32,000 bases of DNA, from assembly GCF_000018785.1 (NCBI RefSeq), contig NC_010163.1, positions 30,001 through 62,000 of the forward strand. The letters run 5' to 3'. Both the position numbers and the translations under genes were made by a program. Shown one piece after another: positions 27,170 through 32,000 of this stretch. Position 1 is the first letter of the stretch, and every line of letters starts with the position of its first letter. Under the pieces are notes generated by a model. That model was not told the origin of the DNA, ran no database searches, and worked only from the letters and a program-made list of their open reading frames with translations. The DNA is from Acholeplasma laidlawii PG-8A (GTDB lineage: Bacteria > Bacillota_I > Bacilli_A > Acholeplasmatales > Acholeplasmataceae).

Positions 27170-28399
27170 ATGACATTAAAAGACTATGATCTTGAATTAT
27201 TTAACGCGATTCAAAGAGAAGATAACAGACAAAAAGAACACATCGAATTAATTGCGTCCGAAAACTTTGTTTCTGATGCAGTGTTAGAGGCACAAGGTTC
27301 AATTTTAACCAACAAATATGCAGAAGGCTATCCAAATAAAAGATATTATGGAGGTTGCGAATTTGTTGATCAAGTAGAGATACTAGCTCAAGATAGGTTA
27401 AAACAAATCTTTAATGCGAAGTTTGTAAATGTACAGCCTCATTCGGGTTCACAGGCTAATGCTGCTGTTTATCAGGCACTACTTAGTCCCGGAGACAGGG
27501 TTTTAGGAATGGATTTAAATGCGGGTGGTCACTTAACTCATGGTTATAAATTATCATTTTCTGGACATTATTATGAAGCACATGCCTATGGTGTAAGTAG
27601 GTTTGATGAAAGAATTGATTATGAAGAAGTACTGAAAATTGCAATTGAAGTTAAACCTAAAATGATTATTGCAGGTGCGAGTGCATATCCAAGAGTCATT
27701 GATTTTAAAAAGTTTAGAGAAATTGCAGATACAGTTGGTGCATACTTGTTTGTAGATATGGCACATATTGCAGGACTAGTTGCTTGTGGATTACATCCAT
27801 CACCACTACCTTATGCAGATGTTGTCACGTCTACTACACATAAAACCTTAAGAGGTCCACGTGGTGGTATTATACTTACAAATGATGCAAGTATTGCTAA
27901 AAAAATAGATCGTGCAGTATTTCCTGGCCAACAAGGTGGTCCATTAATGCACATTATTGCTGCAAAGGCGGTTGCATTTAAAGAAGCACTAGACCCTAAC
28001 TTTAAGGTATATCAAACACAAGTGATTAAAAATGCTAAAGCCTTAAGTGATACATTCAAATCACTTGGATATAAATTAATTTCAGATGGTACAGATAATC
28101 ATTTAATCTTAGTAGATGTTAAATCAAAATTAGGTATTACAGGAAGAGATGCTGAGGATGCGCTATATAAAGCAAATATCACAATCAATAAAAACCAGTT
28201 ACCGTTTGATCAAGAAAAACCGATGTTAACCTCAGGTATAAGATTAGGAACACCTGCGATGACAACTAAGGGTTTTAAAGAAAATGAGTTTATTAAAGTA
28301 GCACAACTTATTGATGAAGTGTTATCGAATATAAACAATGAAGAAGTTATCAATAAAGTTAAAAAAGAAGTACTAAAACTAATGAAAGATGTTAAATGA
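27170..28399 (+). CDS. glyA: Serine hydroxymethyltransferase
   Basis: [67 protein letters not shown]. Confidence 0.97.
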   Translation: MTLKDYDLELFNAIQREDNRQKEHIELIASENFVSDAVLEAQGSILTNKYAEGYPNKRYYGGCEFVDQVEILAQDRLKQIFNAKFVNVQPHSGSQANAAVYQALLSPGDRVLGMDLNAGGHLTHGYKLSFSGHYYEAHAYGVSRFDERIDYEEVLKIAIEVKPKMIIAGASAYPRVIDFKKFREIADTVGAYLFVDMAHIAGLVACGLHPSPLPYADVVTSTTHKTLRGPRGGIILTNDASIAKKIDRAVFPGQQGGPLMHIIAAKAVAFKEALDPNFKVYQTQVIKNAKALSDTFKSLGYKLISDGTDNHLILVDVKSKLGITGRDAEDALYKANITINKNQLPFDQEKPMLTSGIRLGTPAMTTKGFKENEFIKVAQLIDEVLSNINNEEVINKVKKEVLKLMKDVK

Positions 28400-28415
28400 A
28401 AAGGAGTGATTTTCT

Positions 28416-29714
28416 TTGATCACAAGAACAAGATATATACCTGATGGTAAAGATGTTTTAAAGAAACTACCATTAATCCATCACTTAGAAGCACCATATT
28501 TATACTATCCAATTACAAACCAAAGATGCCCGGAAGGTGAAACTTGCGTCGTTTTTGGTCAATTTGTTAAAGTTGGTGAGGTTATTGGTACAAGAAAGGG
28601 TGCTTTCTTTGAGCAACCAATTCACTCAACAGTTAGTGGTGAAGTTGTCGGGCATGAAATGAAGTTTGATGCTTCAGGAAAACGTGTAAACTGTATGATT
28701 GTTAAAAACGACTTCAAATATGAATTACATGAGTCTGTTAAAACAAGAACTGATGAAGAAATAGACAAACTTACTAAAGAAGATTACGTAAATATTACTA
28801 AAGAAGCGGGTTTAGTTGGTCTAGGTGGTTCAGGATTCCCAACATATATTAAACTAAACACTAAAAATAAAATAGACATTATCTTAGCAAACGGTGTGGA
28901 GTGTGAGCCTAAATTAATTTCAGACTATGAAGTTATGATGGAAAGCCCGGATGAACTTATTAGAGGTTTAATCTATGCAATGAAAGCTGTTGGTGCACCA
29001 AAAGGTGTAATTGCAGTTAAGAAAAGATATGTGGAATTAGTAGAAAGAATCCGTTTTTCTCTAAACTCATATACTGAATATGACATCAAAGTTGTACCAG
29101 TTGGTAACCACTATCCACAAGGTTGGGAGTTAGAAGCAATTGAAGCGGCTACAGGTATTAAGGTACCTCAATTTAAACTTCCAGCGGATTACGGTATTAT
29201 TCCATTTAACGTTTCTACCTTACAATCTATTTATCATGCAGTGAAGTTTAACTTACCTGTACTAGAAAGATACTTTGTATTATCAGGTGATGGTGTTGTA
29301 AACAAATCATTTAAAGCTAGAATTGGTACTCCAATTCAAAGTTTAATTCAACTTGCTGGTGGTTATGTAGATAAGGCAGTGCCTAAAACATTAATCATGG
29401 GTGGGCCAATGATGGGTAGTAACGTAACAAATGATGATATTGTTACAACACACACAGCAACATCATTAATTGTTCAAAACTCACTTTTATTAAACGAAGA
29501 TCCTTGTATCCACTGTGCAAGCTGTGTATACTCTTGCCCAGTACAAATACAACCGGTTCAAATTATGAATGCTGTGAAAGCAAACGATAAAGATTTCTTA
29601 AAAGCTTTATCAGTTAATAAATGTATTGAATGTGGATTATGTTCATTTGTATGTCCATCTAAGATTCATTTAACAGATTACATGCGTGAAGGTAAACGCA
29701 TCTTAAGAGGTTAA
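28416..29714 (+). CDS. rnfC: Electron transport complex subunit RnfC
   Basis: GLVGLGGSGFPTYIKL, two 4Fe-4S motifs CIHCASCVYSCP and CIECGLCSFVCP. Confidence 0.94.
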   Translation: MITRTRYIPDGKDVLKKLPLIHHLEAPYLYYPITNQRCPEGETCVVFGQFVKVGEVIGTRKGAFFEQPIHSTVSGEVVGHEMKFDASGKRVNCMIVKNDFKYELHESVKTRTDEEIDKLTKEDYVNITKEAGLVGLGGSGFPTYIKLNTKNKIDIILANGVECEPKLISDYEVMMESPDELIRGLIYAMKAVGAPKGVIAVKKRYVELVERIRFSLNSYTEYDIKVVPVGNHYPQGWELEAIEAATGIKVPQFKLPADYGIIPFNVSTLQSIYHAVKFNLPVLERYFVLSGDGVVNKSFKARIGTPIQSLIQLAGGYVDKAVPKTLIMGGPMMGSNVTNDDIVTTHTATSLIVQNSLLLNEDPCIHCASCVYSCPVQIQPVQIMNAVKANDKDFLKALSVNKCIECGLCSFVCPSKIHLTDYMREGKRILRG

Positions 29715-29716
29715 TT

Positions 29717-30787
29717 ATGCAAAATATATCTATTTTAAGCCAAACATCACCGTATATACGTAAAGAAACTTCTACAAAACGTATGATGTTTGATGTGTTA
29801 ATTGCACTAACGCCTGTAGTATTCTTTTCAATCTACAGATTTGGATTAGATGCATTAGCAAGAATATTAGTGAGTTTAATTATCTTTGTTGGTGTGGAAG
29901 CTCTATATTTTTTAAGTGTTACGCGTGTAGATGGTTATAACTTCAAAGATAAAATTAAAAATAAGTTTAAAAAATACAGTATAAATAACTTTAGTGCTCC
30001 TGCAGTATCTGCAGTCATCTATGCGATGTTATTACCAAACCAACTACATCTTTATGTGGTTGTTATGGGGGCTTTATTTGGTGCTGCAATCGGCAAAATG
30101 ATTTTTGGTGGTTTAGGGATGAATATCTTTAACCCTGCAGCAGCTGGCCGTGTATTTATTGCACTAGCATTTACAACATTCTTCACAGGTTCTTATGGGT
30201 TTATTGATGCTGCAGCAGGTGCTACAGCATTATCTACAAGTTTTCCTGAAGTATTAAATAGTTATTCACTAATCGATTTACTCGTTGGTAATATTCCGGG
30301 TTCTATGGGTGAAATCAATTCCCTTGCTATTTTATTTGGTCTTGCTTATCTATTAATTAGAAAAAGTGCAGATTATAGACCTGTTTTATCAGGACTATTA
30401 ATCTTTACAGCACTTGCTACAGTTGCAGGATTCATACTACACCCAACATTAGTATTTGAATATGTGATATTCCAATTATTATCTGGTGGTTTATTATTTG
30501 GTCTAACCTTTATGATTACAGACCCTGCGACATCACCAATCACAAGACCAGGTCGTTGGTGGTTTGGTTTAATTGTTGGTTCATTAGTATTCTTTATTAG
30601 AAGTTTTGGTAGTCTTCCAGAAGGTGTGGCGTTTGCTTTATTATTTGGTAACTTAATGGTACCTTTACTAGATTACCCAATGTGGGCAAACAACAGATTT
30701 ACAAAGAAATTCTATATTAGCTTTAGTTTAGTATTTGTGGCTTTAGTAGCACTTACCTTCGTGATTTTAGGAGGTTACGCGATATGA
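29717..30787 (+). CDS. rnfD: Electron transport complex subunit RnfD
   Basis: Multiple TM segments, NIFNPAAAGRVF, DAAAGATALST flavin-site-like motif, FMITDPATSPITRPGRWWFG. Confidence 0.93.
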   Translation: MQNISILSQTSPYIRKETSTKRMMFDVLIALTPVVFFSIYRFGLDALARILVSLIIFVGVEALYFLSVTRVDGYNFKDKIKNKFKKYSINNFSAPAVSAVIYAMLLPNQLHLYVVVMGALFGAAIGKMIFGGLGMNIFNPAAAGRVFIALAFTTFFTGSYGFIDAAAGATALSTSFPEVLNSYSLIDLLVGNIPGSMGEINSLAILFGLAYLLIRKSADYRPVLSGLLIFTALATVAGFILHPTLVFEYVIFQLLSGGLLFGLTFMITDPATSPITRPGRWWFGLIVGSLVFFIRSFGSLPEGVAFALLFGNLMVPLLDYPMWANNRFTKKFYISFSLVFVALVALTFVILGGYAI

Positions 30788-31725
30788 CAAAAGCAGTTAA
30801 AAGCATCATTACATTAGCGGTTGTAGCTATTTTAGGTATTGGACTATCAATTGGTACGCACTTCATCTTTAATCCAATTAAAGAAGAACGTGCTAAACAA
30901 GAAACTCTATCTATATTAGATGATTACTTTACAGGTGTTACAGACTTTGAAGCAAACAAGCTCGAAGTAATTGAAGGCGTTGAGATTTTAAGATCTGTTC
31001 GCGTTTATAAAAATGAAGATCCACTAGGTTATCTATATGAGGCAAATATTACAAATGATTTTGGTAATATGAAAGTTCGTTTAAGTGTGGATGTTAAAGA
31101 TGTTATTCAATCCATTGAGTTCTTAGAACTTAACCAAACAATGTACTTACCACAAACAACAAAAATGCTTGAAACATATGTATTAAGCAAGTTAAGTACA
31201 GATATTTTTGATGGTGCTGCTGGTGCAACATCCATCTCAAAAAATGATCTATCACACTTAATGAGTATGGTAGGATTACATCATGATAGAACAGATAAAT
31301 TTGAAATCCAAGCACCTTATAAAGATTTCTATGGTGATGACTACGTGATTTCAAATACAGAAGAACTATCCAACTCTGGTGCGACTATCAAGGTTGAAAC
31401 GATTGAAGGTTTAGGTGTAGTTTATACAATTACTAAATCAGGTATTTATCAAACAGATAGTACTCAAGAAAAATCAATTACACTTGTTCTTGCATTAAAT
31501 AATGATAATAAAATTATTGGTGTACTTTTACCAGCTGAGTTATATAACCACACTAAGGGTGGATTTATGACAAGTGCAATGGAATTTGCACAAAGTTTTA
31601 AAGATATGTCACTACTTGATGTAACAGATGGCAATGCTGGTGCAACAGGTGATGTTGTAGCACATAATTCAAGAACCTTAATCGAAGATATGGTGTTAAT
31701 TGTTCAGGGGGTACATATCTCATGA
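30784..31725 (+). CDS. rnfG: RnfG-like FMN-binding subunit with two GAT motifs
   Basis: N-terminal TM helix; DIFDGAAGATSIS and DVTDGNAGATGDV; 4-nt overlap with rnfD. Confidence 0.75.
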   Translation: MTKAVKSIITLAVVAILGIGLSIGTHFIFNPIKEERAKQETLSILDDYFTGVTDFEANKLEVIEGVEILRSVRVYKNEDPLGYLYEANITNDFGNMKVRLSVDVKDVIQSIEFLELNQTMYLPQTTKMLETYVLSKLSTDIFDGAAGATSISKNDLSHLMSMVGLHHDRTDKFEIQAPYKDFYGDDYVISNTEELSNSGATIKVETIEGLGVVYTITKSGIYQTDSTQEKSITLVLALNNDNKIIGVLLPAELYNHTKGGFMTSAMEFAQSFKDMSLLDVTDGNAGATGDVVAHNSRTLIEDMVLIVQGVHIS

Positions 31726-32000
31726 AAAAAGAAAATTTAATTTTAGTATTAATGTTTGGTCTAATGTTGCTTATTAGTGTTATTGCATTAAGTTTTGATT
31801 ATCTATTCCCAACATCAGTTGTGGATAAGATGTTTAATCAAAATGTTAATGTTGTGAATGTCAAACCAGTCATTGATGCTGAGTTTAATGAAATATTAGA
31901 ACAAGCAGAAGTTACTACATTAGATGGTAAAAAAATTGCTGATCTATATACAGTCAGAGTTGATCATACATACTTCTATTTAGAATTATATGTAGGTATT
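31722..32000 (+). CDS. Further rnf-operon protein, N-terminal part (runs off window)
   Basis: ATGA overlap with rnfG; MKKENLILVLMFGLMLLISVIALSFDYLFP... one TM helix then a soluble domain. Family uncertain, possibly RnfG/FMN-binding related. Confidence 0.5.
   Translation, partial: MKKENLILVLMFGLMLLISVIALSFDYLFPTSVVDKMFNQNVNVVNVKPVIDAEFNEILEQAEVTTLDGKKIADLYTVRVDHTYFYLELYVGI

Noticed and set aside
27554-27766. Minus-strand 70 aa Cys-rich ORF in glyA
   Set aside because: Antisense to glyA; Cys content arises from reverse complement of common codons, no support for a real gene.
31130-31354. Minus-strand 74 aa ORF in rnfG
   Set aside because: Antisense shadow ORF, no SD or domain.
1-32000. CRISPR arrays, insertion sequences, rRNA or tRNA genes
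   Set aside because: No regularly spaced direct repeats, transposase motifs or rRNA/tRNA-like stretches were recognised by eye; a tRNAscan-SE/Infernal run would be needed to exclude small RNAs formally.

Overview
AT-rich window that looks like a chromosomal segment of a wall-less Acholeplasma-like mollicute using UGA as stop. This assignment is inferred from gene content, lipoprotein signals, composition and complete standard-code ORFs; no database was searched. Contents, left to right: 3' part of cardiolipin synthase; a small membrane protein; a minus-strand P-loop kinase + HD-domain protein; pflB-pflA; a Crp/Fnr regulator; yaaA; fhs-folD; a GDPD gene split by one in-frame TAA; a lacI / sugar ABC / GH94 cellobiose-phosphorylase-like operon with two nearly identical LacI-type operators; a minus-strand OsmC/Ohr protein; two tandem paralogous large lipoproteins combining InlB-type repeats, Ig-like modules and an Amidase_2-like domain, the first behind a perfect cre-like site; ppa; a YebC-family gene; a hipB-like gene followed by a truncated hipA remnant; glyA; and the start of an rnf operon (rnfC, rnfD, a two-motif rnfG, and a further ORF running off the edge). 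The main points to follow up are: the cell-wall amidase-like lipoproteins in an apparently wall-less lineage, with an uncharacterised segment inserted in an InlB-like repeat; the overlapping leader mini-ORF and competing RNA pairing before the second lipoprotein; the kinase-HD fusion; the doubled FMN motif in RnfG; the hipBA relic; and several palindromic candidate operators. I saw no CRISPR array, insertion sequence, rRNA or tRNA. Nothing here is clearly a new defence system.
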